Assembly: GCF_001194135.2 (NCBI RefSeq)
Contig: NC_069009.1
Span: forward strand, 9,255,882 to 9,300,113
Direction: 5' to 3'
DNA: 44,232 bases
Origin: Octopus bimaculoides
Taxonomy: Eukaryota
Position numbers and translations under genes: made by a program. Under the pieces are notes generated by a model. The model did not search any database. It had not been told where the DNA came from and was given only the letters and a program-made list of their open reading frames with translations. Position 1 is the stretch's first letter. Every line of letters begins with the position of its first letter. Shown in pieces: positions 33,846-44,232 of the stretch.

Positions 33846-34532
33846 NNNNNNNNNNNNNNNNNNNNNNNNNNNNNNNNNNNNNNNNNNNNNNNNNNNNNNN
33901 NNNNNNNNNNNNNNNNNNNNNNNNNNNNNNNNNNNNNNNNNNNNNNNNNNNNNNNNNNNNNNNNNNNNNNNNNNNNNNNNNNNNNNNNNNNNNNNNNNNN
34001 NNNNNNNNNNNNNNNNNNNNNNNNNNNNNNNNNNNNNNNNNNNNNNNNNNNNNNNNNNNNNNNNNNNNNNNNNNNNNNNNNNNNNNNNNNNNNNNNNNNN
34101 NNNNNNNNNNNNNNNNNNNNNNNNNNNNNNNNNNNNNNNNNNNNNNNNNNNNNNNNNNNNNNNNNNNNNNNNNNNNNNNNNNNNNNNNNNNNNNNNNNNN
34201 NNNNNNNNNNNNNNNNNNNNNNNNNNNNNNNNNNNNNNNNNNNNNNNNNNNNNNNNGGAGAGAAGAAGAAAAAGAGCAAGAGAAAATAGAAGCCGGGCGA
34301 GGTGGAAGGAAAATAAGATGAAGAGGAGATAAGGTAAGAATGCTGTCTTCAAATTTCCTTTTTTTTTTTTTTCTCTCAATCCTGAAGAAGGATTTTGTTC
34401 AAAATTTTGGAAACTGCTTTTCATAGCAAATATACTTGTTTATTATATTTTTGTCAATAAATACAATTGTTGCTAATACAAATCACTGCCAGTCTCCTTG
34501 AATTCTGGGGGTTTTTTTATGTATTATGTATG

Positions 34533-35695
34533 TATCATCATCATCATCATTTAACGTCCATTTTCCATGCTGGCATGGGTTGGACAGGTTGAAGACTGGT
34601 AAGCTGGTGAGCTGCACCAGGTTCCGAACTGATTTGGCAAGGTTTCTACGACTGGATGCCCTTCTTAATGCCAACCACTCCAAGAGTGTAGTAGGTTTAT
34701 TTTTACATGCCACTGGCATGGGTGCCATTGACCTGACACTGGCATTGACCACGACTAGTCTCACTTGGCTTCACAGGTCTACACAAGCATGATATATCCC
34801 TAAAGATCTTGGTCACCTGTCACTGCCTCCATGAGGCTCAACACTTGAATGGTGCTTTTTATATGCCACTGGCATGGGTGCCACTGGCATGGGTGCCAGT
34901 CAGACAGCACTGGTATCAGCCATGACTATGATTTCACTCAGCTCAACAGGTCTTCACAAATACAACATATCACCCAACATTTGAAAGGTATTTTTAAGGC
35001 CAGTGACACAACTCTGGCATCAGTCACAACTATGGTCTCACTTGGTTTGATGGGTCTTCTCATTGCTTCCGTGAGGCCCAATATTTGAAGATCGTGCTTC
35101 ACCACCTTGCCCCATGTCTTCCTAGGTCTACCTCTTCCACAGCTCCACCATTAGAGTACAATACTTCTTCACACAGCTGTCCTTGTCCATACACATCACA
35201 TGACCATACCAGTGCAGCCATCTCTCTTGCACCATACCAGTGCAGTCATCTCTCTTGCACATCACATCTGATGCTTCTCATGCCCAAATTTTCTCTCAGG
35301 ATGCTTAAGCTCTGTTGAGCAACCACACTGACATTACACATCCAGTGAAGCATACTAGCCTCATCTCTTACGAGCCTACATATGTCCTCAGCAGTCATAG
35401 CCCATGTTTCATTGCCGTGTAGCATGGCTGTTCACACAAAGGCATCATACAGTCTGCCTTTCACTCTGAGCGAGAGGGTTTTTGTTACCAACAGAGGTAG
35501 GAGCTCTCTGAACTTTGCCCAGCCTATTCTCATTCTAGCAGCTACGCTTTCGGAGCATCCACCCCTGCTACTGACTTGGTCACCTACATAATGGAAGCTA
35601 TCAACTACTTCTAGTTTTCCTCCCTGGTATATGATGGAATCTATTTTCTGTACATTTTTAGTGCTAATTGTGTTTATATATATGTCTGTGCACAC
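34533..35695 (-). mobile_element. 5-prime-truncated, decayed RTE LINE
   Basis: KLEVVDSFHYVGDQVSSRGGCSESVAARMRIGWAKFRELLPLLVTK, followed by the 3-prime UTR and (CAT)n. Confidence 0.9.
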
Positions 35696-35891
35696 CTTTC
35701 AATGCAATGTATGCCAGAAGGTTTGCAAATCTAACAGAGGCTTCAAAAGACATTTTAAAATCTACAAAAATCAGAACTTATCTACAGCTCTTGGTGGTCC
35801 AAATCGGATATGCAATCTATGTGGGTGTCTTTTCAAGACATTGTCCAGTTTAAAAAGCTACATCAGATGCCATGATGGTTCTAAGGTGTAG
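35696..35891 (+). pseudogene. Fragment with two degenerate C2H2-like fingers, probably a LINE ORF C-terminus
   Basis: FQCNVCQKVCKSNRGFKRHFKIY and ICNLCGCLFKTLSSLKSYIRCH. One His in each finger is replaced by Tyr, there is no TGEKP linker, and a (GT)n tract follows. Confidence 0.55.
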
Positions 35892-35974
35892 GTACAGGAG
35901 GTGGTCAAACTCTGCATAAGGAGTAGACAACCACCATATGTGTGTGTGTGTGTGTGTGTGTACTATGCATTTAA

Positions 35975-36333
35975 AGGGAACAATATATGTATTTAAGTAC
36001 TACTAATAGTTTCATAGGTTGAGAAATGCCCAAACATATTCTTCAGGCACAAACCACATATCATAACAATAGAAGAAACGTAAATAAACTGAAAAGGCAA
36101 AAACTGAGGAAACAGAAAGAAAAAACTGGAAAATGAAAAATGGAAAACCTAAACACAAAAACTAAAATGTAAAAGATGAAAAGTAAAAAAACTATCTTCC
36201 ATAGACCTTAAATGATAAGGCTGGGAAAATATCAAGATGTCAGCCAGGAATAGGCGGAATTTTCTCAGGAATAAGCAAAAATTTCTCAACATATGACACT
36301 ACTAGTAGCACTTAAATACATGTGTTGTGCCCT
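35975..36333. mobile_element. Kolobok-like MITE
   Basis: TTAA on both sides (35971-74, 36334-37), AGGG...CCCT termini, TIRs of about 55 bp. Confidence 0.82.
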
Positions 36334-36439
36334 TTAAATAAATTATATTTATCTCTCACCAAATGGAGTACATTTTTGTTTGAATTTTCTATAATGGAGT
36401 AGTACATTATATATATGTATATATATTTTATTTATGCAC

Positions 36440-36634
36440 CATTTTAAAGCCTAGCCAGGCTCATGGGCCCGGTTTCCTGGTTTCTATGGCGCATGTGTTT
36501 CCCCACCCAGCTGGACGGGATGTCAGTCCATTGCAGCTTTACTCAAGAAACAGGAAGAAAGAGTTGGAGAAAGTTGTGGTGAAAGAGTACAACAAGGGTC
36601 GCCACCACCCCTGCCAGAGCCTCATGAAGCTTTA
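36440..36634. mobile_element. SINE-like fragment truncated by a gap
   Basis: ccagctggacgggatgtcagtccattgcag resembles a common metazoan SINE block. Confidence 0.45.
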
Positions 36635-37546
36635 NNNNNNNNNNNNNNNNNNNNNNNNNNNNNNNNNNNNNNNNNNNNNNNNNNNNNNNNNNNNNNNNNN
36701 NNNNNNNNNNNNNNNNNNNNNNNNNNNNNNNNNNNNNNNNNNNNNNNNNNNNNNNNNNNNNNNNNNNNNNNNNNNNNNNNNNNNNNNNNNNNNNNNNNNN
36801 NNNNNNNNNNNNNNNNNNNNNNNNNNNNNNNNNNNNNNNNNNNNNNNNNNNNNNNNNNNNNNNNNNNNNNNNNNNNNNNNNNNNNNNNNNNNNNNNNNNN
36901 NNNNNNNNNNNNNNNNNNNNNNNNNNNNNNNNNNNNNNNNNNNNNNNNNNNNNNNNNNNNNNNNNNNNNNNNNNNNNNNNNNNNNNNNNNNNNNNNNNNN
37001 NNNNNNNNNNNNNNNNNNNNNNNNNNNNNNNNNNNNNNNNNNNNNNNNNNNNNNNNNNNNNNNNNNNNNNNNNNNNNNNNNNNNNNNNNNNNNNNNNNNN
37101 NNNNNNNNNNNNNNNNNNNNNNNNNNNNNNNNNNNNNNNNNNNNNNNNNNNNNNNNNNNNNNNNNNNNNNNNNNNNNNNNNNNNNNNNNNNNNNNNNNNN
37201 NNNNNNNNNNNNNNNNNNNNNNNNNNNNNNNNNNNNNNNNNNNNNNNNNNNNNNNNNNNNNNNNNNNNNNNNNNNNNNNNNNNNNNNNNNNNNNNNNNNN
37301 NNNNNNNNNNNNNNNNNNNNNNNNNNNNNNNNNNNNNNNNNNNNNNNNNNNNNNNNNNNNNNNNNNNNNNNNNNNNNNNNNNNNNNNNNNNNNNNNNNNN
37401 NNNNNNNNNNNNNNNNNNNNNNNNNNNNNNNNNNNNNNNNNNNNNNNNNNNNNNNNNNNNNNNNNNNNNNNNNNNNNNNNNNNNNNNNNNNNNNNNNNNN
37501 NNNNNNNNNNNNNNNNNNNNNNNNNNNNNNNNNNNNNNNNNNNNNN

Positions 37547-37900
37547 CACAAAAACATACACATACACACACGCGCACGTACAAAATACACACACACACGT
37601 ACCCAACACCTACAACCCCACACAAACACACGCATGCACATCCAAATACACCCATACACACGCACCCCCCATCCACACACGCACACACACACACACCGGC
37701 ACAAACGAACCCACATATACACACATGCAAATGAACCCTCACATAACTCCTACACATACACAACACGCACTCACACACACACACACCCACACAAACACAC
37801 TGCAGATAAACAACCAAACCACGCACACACACACACATACGTACGCGCACACACGTTCTGTTATTACACCCACACTTGCATACCCTCGCACACGCACACA
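37547..37900. repeat. Cryptic (CA)n-rich tract
   Basis: Direct reading. Confidence 0.95.
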
Positions 37901-38043
37901 TATTCACCTCCCTTTTTCACTCTCCTGTCTTAGAAAGAACTTTTCCTCCACCACTTCCTCTTCCGGTCCTTCCACAATGTAACCTCGTGGGCATCGGTGC
38001 CGATTTCTTCTCCCACCGTTTTTCCATTCCTTGAACTTTCCTC

Positions 38044-38078
38044 GTTTCCGACGAAGGGCTCCGCCGGAAACGTCAAAC
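38044..38078 (+). ncRNA. Variant minimal hammerhead motif in a probable PLE pseudo-LTR remnant (about 37905-38112)
   Basis: Stem I gttt/aaac, core CcGACGA, stem II ggc/gcc, then GAAAC-GUC with palindromic ACGT. Confidence 0.6.
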
Positions 38079-38234
38079 TCTCTCTCTTTCCTTTCCCGAG
38101 CGTCTAATAACANNNNNNNNNNNNNNNNNNNNNNNNNNNNNNNNNNNNNNNNNNNNNNNNNNNNNNNNNNNNNNNNNNNNNNNNNNNNNNNNNNNNNNNN
38201 NNNNNNNNNNNNTATATGTATATATTTATATATA

Positions 38235-38470
38235 TGTATGTGTATATCTATATGTCTTTGTGCCTGTGTTTGTCCCTTACTACCACTTGACAACCAGTGT
38301 TGGTGTGTTTATGTCCCAATAATGAAGAAGTTCAGCAAAAGAGACCAATAGAATAAGTACTAAGGTTAAAAAACGAATAAGCCCTGGGATTGATTTGTTC
38401 AACTAAAAACCCTTCAAGGCAGTGCCCCGGCATGGCTACAGTCAAATGGCTGAAATAAGTAAAAGACAAA
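38235..38470 (+). mobile_element. SINE B module
   Basis: Motif match. Confidence 0.85.
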
Positions 38471-38671
38471 AGATATTTATTAGGGTTCTTGTTCTTTTCA
38501 TTATTAAAAATATTTTTATAATCATTATTATTATATTATTATTATTATTATTATTATATTATTATTATTGTTGTTGTTGTTGTTTTATTATAATCATCAT
38601 CATTATTGCTGCTATTTGGCTTCGTCCTTTCTCCATTGTTATATTCACCATTATTCTCTTCTTCCTCCTTC

Positions 38672-38746
38672 TCACTTGTTCCATTTTCGCTCCCAGTTCT
38701 TCCTGTGTTTCCTGTAAATTCCCATCGTAGCCTGTGCATCAGTCAC
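38672..38746 (-). CDS. REXO4: REXO4-like terminal exon: VTDAQATMGIYRKHRKNWERKWNK*
   Basis: Acceptor ttatctctcattgacAG. It completes the ExoIII motif H-x4-D (HNSVTD) and the DAQAxM..Y..WE pattern, with TGA at 38672-74. A candidate AATAAA lies on the minus strand near 38584-38589. Confidence 0.88.
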   Translation of the reverse strand: MTDAQATMGIYRKHRKNWERKWNK

Positions 38747-38947
38747 CTGTCAATGAGAGATAAGAGTTAAATTATTTGCTGGTGTGGCTGTGTGGCCAGA
38801 AGAAGCTTACTTCCCAAGGGGCAGGGGCAGGAAATTGTATAATATCTTTATTATCATGGCTCTAATATACTCTTAAATTCTGTAAAACAAATCTGTTTTN
38901 NNNNNNNNNNNNNNNNNNNNNNNNNNNNNNNNNNNNNNNNNNNNNNN

Positions 38948-38984
<37 letters not shown>

Positions 38985-39930
38985 AGCAGCTAAGCCCGAT
39001 TTCACCCGGTCTGTTTGGATGATGTGGCTGTGATTGTATTCAGTTAGGCATAATCTATATCAGCGTTTCTCAACCTTATCATTTTGGGTCCCCTGCTTTG
39101 ATTGGAGCCTCCAGCTGTATGAAAATTTCCTGACCCTGCCCCTTGTCAGAAAAGAGCTTTGGGAGTTGTGAAAAATGAATTTGTACGTAGTCTGTTTCTG
39201 AGAGCTATTCAATTGGAGCTCTGTCTAATCATTCAAACATAGGGCGATCTTTCAATATAGGAGCACGCGACTGTCACTTACAGACACATACACATATATA
39301 CGACAGGCTTCTTTCAGTTTCCGTCTAACATTGAATGGTTATGGGGGTCCAGTAGAGTACGATAAGACGGATGAGAATGATTACTTTAGATAATGAAGTC
39401 CCAGATATACTCTGCCTGCATAAAAGAGATGTGATGATCACAAGTGGAACACCTTTGATCATAGGTCTGACCTGGGGCTAAACAACAAAAATATCAACTA
39501 TAATCACTAATTCTTAACTGGCACTGTGTCAGTTACAATGACAAGGGTTCCAGTTTGATCCAGTCAACAGAAACTGCCTGCTTGTGAAATTAAAGTGTAA
39601 GTAGCTGAGTACTCCATGGACAAGCATACCCTTAATGTAGTTCTCAGAGAGATTCTGGTGGAGTACAGTACTCCACAGACACACGTACCCTTAATGTAGT
39701 TCTCAAGGAGATTCAGTATGACACTGAGTGTGACAAGGCTGGGCCCTTTTGAATTACCGGTACAACTCATTTTTGCCAGCTAAGTGGACTGGAGCAACAT
39801 GAAATAAAGTGTAATATACTAAATAGTGTTAGTAGCTACAGTTGTTTGTCATTGTTTAGCCCTAGGTCAGTCCTGATCCAGCAGACCTATAATCAAAACT
39901 GTCCCAGCTGTGATTGTTCTATCTTTATTT

Positions 39931-40262
39931 GGTGCAGGAGTGGTCGTGTGGTAAGTAGCTTGCTTACCAACCACATGGTTCCGGGTTCAGTCCCACTGCA
40001 TGGCATGTTGGGTAAGTGTCTTCTACTATAGCCTCAGGACAACTAAAGCCTTGTGAGGGGATCTGGTAGACGGAAACTGAACTAAGCCCACCGTGTATGT
40101 TGGTGCGTTTATGTCTCTGTCACTTAGCAGTTCGGCAAAAGATATCGACAGAATAAGTACTAGGCTTACAAAGAATAAGTCCTGAGGTTGATTTGTTCAA
40201 CTAAAGGTGGTGCTCCAGCATGGCAGCAGTCAAATTACTGAAACAAATAAAAGAATAAAAGA
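39931..40262 (+). mobile_element. Composite SINE (A and B modules) lacking most of the internal microsatellite
   Basis: Motif match. Confidence 0.88.
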
Positions 40263-40715
40263 ACATACCAGCTCTTTGTTGGTTACAGCATTGAGTGTTG
40301 CAGTTGATCCAATCAATGGAACAGCCTGCTCGTGAAACTGACATGCAAGTGGATGAGTTTTCTTCTAGACACACACGCCCTTAACATAGTTCTGAGGGAG
40401 ATTCAGCATGACACTGAATGGGACAAGACTGGCCCTTTGACCTACAAGTACAATTCATTTTTGCCAGCTGGGTAGACTGGAGTAACATGAAATAAAGTGT
40501 CTTGCTCAAGAACACACCACATTACCTGGAACCAAACTCATGAGCTTACACTTGTGAGCTCATTAAGCCACACACCTTCAAATAGTCACTAATACATTTA
40601 CTATAATACATTAAACCATGTAGTCCTAGATATACTTTGTTTGATAAAAGAGGGGAATCTTTCTGCTCTCTTAACTGGAATCTCTTTGCTGACTTTCTCG
40701 TACACATTGACTTAC

Positions 40716-40865
40716 CGAATTGTGGTCATTTTGCTGGATTCTAAGTCCAAGTTCCTTTTGGGCCAATATTTTCAGAGATGGAGAACGGTTCTTATTTTGC
40801 AACATGAAAGGTTGATAATAAGCTGTGTCTCGTGTCATCGCTTCTGGATGTTTAAGCTCTAGAAC
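40716..40865 (-). CDS. REXO4: REXO4-like exon (150 nt, phase 0-0): VLELKHPEAMTRDTAYYQPFMLQNKNRSPSLKILAQKELGLRIQQNDHNS
   Basis: Acceptor ttctataattccAG, donor TCG|GTAAGT. HP..RDT.Y.PF..PSL..LG..IQ..H.S matches the remembered REXO4 segment VLFLDHPKKKIRDTQKYKPF...PSLRLLSEKILGLQVQQAEHCS. Confidence 0.9.
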
Positions 40866-40959
40866 CTGGAATTATAGAAGCAAAGAAAGCAACATTTGGA
40901 TGATGAGTGATGATTCATGGCGATTGATAATGATGATCATTATTGTTATTATGATTGAT

Positions 40960-41385
40960 GATTAATAATGATGGTTGACGATGACAACCATCACCATCGT
41001 CATGACTCATGACAATCGCCACCACCACCACCACCATCGTCATCGTCATCATTCCCATCACCACCACCATTGTCATCATCATNNNNNNNNNNCACCACCA
41101 CCACCACCATCGTCATCGTCATCATTCCCATCACCACCACCATTGTCATCATCATCATCCCCATCACTACCATGACCACCACCATTTAACGTCCCTTTTC
41201 CATGCTGACATGGTTTGGATGGTTTGATAGGATCTGATGAGCTGCAGTGTTGTGTTGTACTCTAAAGTCAGCTTTGGCATTGTTTCTACAGCTGGATGTC
41301 CTTCCTGAAGCCGACCACTTTACAGAACGTACTGGATGCTTTTCATAGGACACCAGCATAAGTGAGGTCATCAAGTAATTTGCAA
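40960..41385. repeat. (CAC/CAT)n tract joined to an RTE-type 3-prime tail (-, 41165-41385)
   Basis: Direct reading. Confidence 0.8.
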
Positions 41386-41654
41386 GACATAAATAGAACA
41401 CAGAAAAATACGACTGAGCTGGGGGGGGGGGGTGACTTAATGCCAGGGGTTAAAGGGTTAAAGTATGATTGAGGGTCAAGCACAGGTGTTTTGCCATAGA
41501 GGAGATACATGGCTACTCTGCATTACATAAGGGTGGACTGGAGTAACTGAGATGATAAAGATGGTTGTGATGGGGTACTAGAGTGATCCCTTAAAAAGAT
41601 GAGCATATGAGAAGGTATGGAATTATCTTGTTATAAAAGACTGGATTTGTCAAA

Positions 41655-43990
41655 GTTAGAACATCTTTGATCATAGGTCTCCTAGACCAGGACTGACTTA
41701 GGGCTAAACAACAACAACTAAAGGCATTAGCGCTCACTATTATTACTGTACATTTGATAATATATTCTTAGATACATTATGTTTGAATAAATGATCTAAC
41801 AGACATAGCTGGAACATCTTTGATCTTAGGTCTGTCTGGATCAGGACTGACCTGGGGCTAAATAGCAACAGCTATAGTCACTAATACTAACTACTATATT
41901 ATACATTAGATAATGTAATCCTAGATACATTATGCCAAAATAAAAGATGGGATGGTCACATATGGAACATCTTTGATCATAGGTCTGCTGGATCAGGACT
42001 GACCCTGGGCTAAACAACTGCAACAGCTATTGCCATTAATACTATTATATTATACATCAGATACTGTAGGATCAAAGGTCTACAGTATCAAGACTGACCT
42101 AAGGTCANNNNNNNNNNAACAAAACTTGTGGATGAATGAAGAGGTGATGAGGACAATAGGATCAGAAGCAAGGGGAACTGATGTCACATCAAGAAGTGAT
42201 GTCTTTGAACAGCCCCTTTCTTTGCCAGGGTGTCGAGCACGATAGATGTGTTGAATGAATCGTTTTAGGGGAGTGGTCAGAAGCTTAGATAGAGTGCACA
42301 AAAGGGAGTGGCTGTTGAGTTTTACTGGTCTTTGTAACTCAAAGTTTGTATATACTGTTGCTGATTGCATCTCAAAGTAAAAGATCTCCAGTAGCCCTCA
42401 AGGATGAGGGCTACAGAAGATTTGTATGAGAAACAAATGATGAATTTGACAAACAAGCTGAATAGTTAAAAGAACTGGAGCAGTGTGGAGGAATGAAGGG
42501 AGTGACGAGGATGATGGGAACAGAAGTGAGGGGAAGTGATGTTACATCAAGAAAAGGGGATCTTGGGAATAGCCACTTTCTTCACCAGGGTGTTGAATGT
42601 GATACACGTGTTTTGGGAATCATTTTAGGAGAGTTGTCCTTTCTGGCCAAACCCCTGGGTAAAGTGCATGTGAGGGTGCAACTGTTGAGTTTTGCTCATT
42701 CCTGTGACCCAGAGTTGAGATATACTGTTGCCAATTGCATCTTGAGGTAAGATATCTCCAGTAGCTCTCAAGGTTGAGGGCTACGGGAGATTTGTATGAG
42801 AAACAAATGAATTTGACAAACAAGTTATATGGCTAAAAGAACTGGATCAGTATGGAGGAATGAGCAGGGGCAATGAAGACAAGGGGTCCAGAAGTGATGT
42901 CATATCAAGAAGCAGGGTGTTCAAACAACTTCTTTCTGCGCTGGGGCACCACAGATGTGTTTAAAGGATTATTTTAGGGGAGTAGTCCTTCTCTAACCAG
43001 AAGCTCAGGTAGAGTGCACCTGAGAGTACGACTGTCATGTTTTGCTTGTTCATGTGACCCAAAGTTTTGATTTACTTTGCTGATTACATCTCAAGGTAAC
43101 AGCAACTTTATTTGTACCTTTCAAGCACAGAACTTACATCTAAGTCATGATTCACAGAATGTCCCACAAGTATAGAGTCCTTGATGAGGGCAGCGACATC
43201 TCGCTGTACAGTTCTGAAGTCCGTAGCTGAAAAGAGAGAGAGAAAGAAGCGTTAGAGAGGTTATGTCATTGATGGCTTCACAAATGATAACAAAAGGGCT
43301 TTGATAAATCCTGATTTATGATCAACTGAATGATTAGTCAAACGGTCAATTAGTTAATTGATTTAATAGTTTACCAGTTGATAGGTCTACCTGGTCAGGA
43401 CTGACCTAGAGTTAAGCAACAACAGTTATAGCTACTATTACGACTATACTGTACATTAGATATTGTAGTCCGAGGTACACTATGTTTGAATTAGATAGGA
43501 ATGGTCACGTCTGGAGCATCTTTGATTATAGGTCTGTTGGAACAGGACTGACCTGGGGCTAAACAACTACAACTATAGCCACTAATATTAACTACTTAGC
43601 TATACACTAGATAATATAGTCCTAGATACACTATGCCTGAATAAAGGTTGTGATGGTCACAGCTGGAACACCTTTGACCATAGGTTTGTTGGATCAGGAA
43701 TGACCTGGGGTTCAACAATGACAGTCACTAATTATATTATACTATACATCAGATAATGTAGTCCTAGATACATTATGGCTAAATAACAGACGGGATGGTC
43801 ACAGCTGGAACATCTTTGATCATAGGTCTGCTGGATCGAGACTGACCTGGGGCTAAACAACGACTATGGCCGCTGATACTAACTCCTTTGCTATACATTA
43901 GATAATGTAGTTCTAGGTATGCTAGCACTAATGTTATAGGTGGGATAGTCATGGCTGGAATATCTTTGAAAAAGGATCTGTCTTAAGAAG
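41655..43990. repeat. Compound tandem arrays: about 150-bp unit (41655-42107 and 43380-43990) and 358-bp unit (42118-43100)
   Basis: The anchor taggtct recurs at about 41674, 41827, 41980, 43382, 43530, 43681 and 43822. The anchor gatgt.acatcaagaa recurs at 42180, 42538 and 42896. Confidence 0.9.
43138..43226 (-). CDS. REXO4: REXO4-like DEDDh exonuclease exon (89 nt, phase 1-0): xTDFRTVQRDVAALIKDSILVGHSVNHDLD
   Basis: On the minus strand, acceptor (ct)n-cttttcAG and donor GAT|GTAAGT. Contains the ExoII motif ILVGHxxxxDL typical of the REXO4/ISG20 family. Confidence 0.88.
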
Positions 43991-44009
43991 AACAGCAACT
44001 GCAAGAGCC

Positions 44010-44232
44010 ATACCACTACCACTATCATACCACAACCAAAACCATGAACAGCACAGCACTACTACTACCACCACAACAACCATCACCACCACCACCACAA
44101 CCAAAACCACGAACAGCACAGCATTACTACTACCACCACCACAACAACCATCACTTCCATCATCACCACCACCACCACCACCACAACCAAAACCACGAAC
44201 AGCACAGCATTACTACTACCACCACCACAACA
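44010..44232. repeat. (ACC/AAC)-rich higher-order repeat with three copies of aaccaaaacca.gaacagcacagca.tactactacc
   Basis: Direct reading. Confidence 0.9.

Larger units (their letters stand above)
2335..42117. other. Assembly gaps: 2335-3304, 13692-14178, 16574-17257, 23468-23921, 33846-34256, 36635-37546, 38113-38212, 38900-38947, 41083-41092, 42108-42117
   Basis: Runs of N, most of them abutting microsatellites or repeats. Confidence 1.

Noticed and set aside
2216-38351. Long ORFs of 170-498 aa in the ORF track
   Set aside because: They are open only because they run through N gaps. The flanks are (TA)n/(CA)n translations such as IYIY, CVCV and THTH.
40641-40862. Plus-strand 73-aa hydrophobic ORF
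   Set aside because: It is the antisense shadow of the REXO4-like exon at 40716-40865.
41020-41160. Exact duplication of about 60 bp across the 10-N gap
   Set aside because: Most likely unmerged overlapping contig ends, an assembly artefact.

Overview
Eukaryotic, AT-rich, repeat-saturated genomic DNA from a gapped short-read assembly (ten N gaps). The SINE and LINE families and the microsatellite load suggest an octopus or other cephalopod; this is inferred, not searched. The ORF track is almost all noise, but splice-signal reading recovers two convergent spliced genes. On the + strand, seven phase-compatible exons (1762-33250) encode the C-terminal region of an ARM/HEAT-like protein that aligns by eye with my recollection of vertebrate MEI1 (SQPWN motif, QxRxLxIxLQ, CLxxxLDxL). 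On the - strand, three exons (43226-38672) encode the C-terminal half of a REXO4-like DEDDh exonuclease. The introns and the 5.4 kb intergenic stretch hold tRNA-derived SINEs, RTE LINEs (one with a PHD finger inside the RT), R4/Dong-like fragments next to (TAA)n, a Naiad-like Penelope element with a hammerhead relic, mariner/Tc1, piggyBac-, hAT- and Kolobok-type MITEs, Helitron-like ends, a 190-bp-arm foldback, an orphan 5.8S rRNA copy abutting a SINE, and tandem arrays around a REXO4 exon. I see no prokaryotic system or CRISPR array. All coordinates were read by hand and repeat boundaries are approximate.
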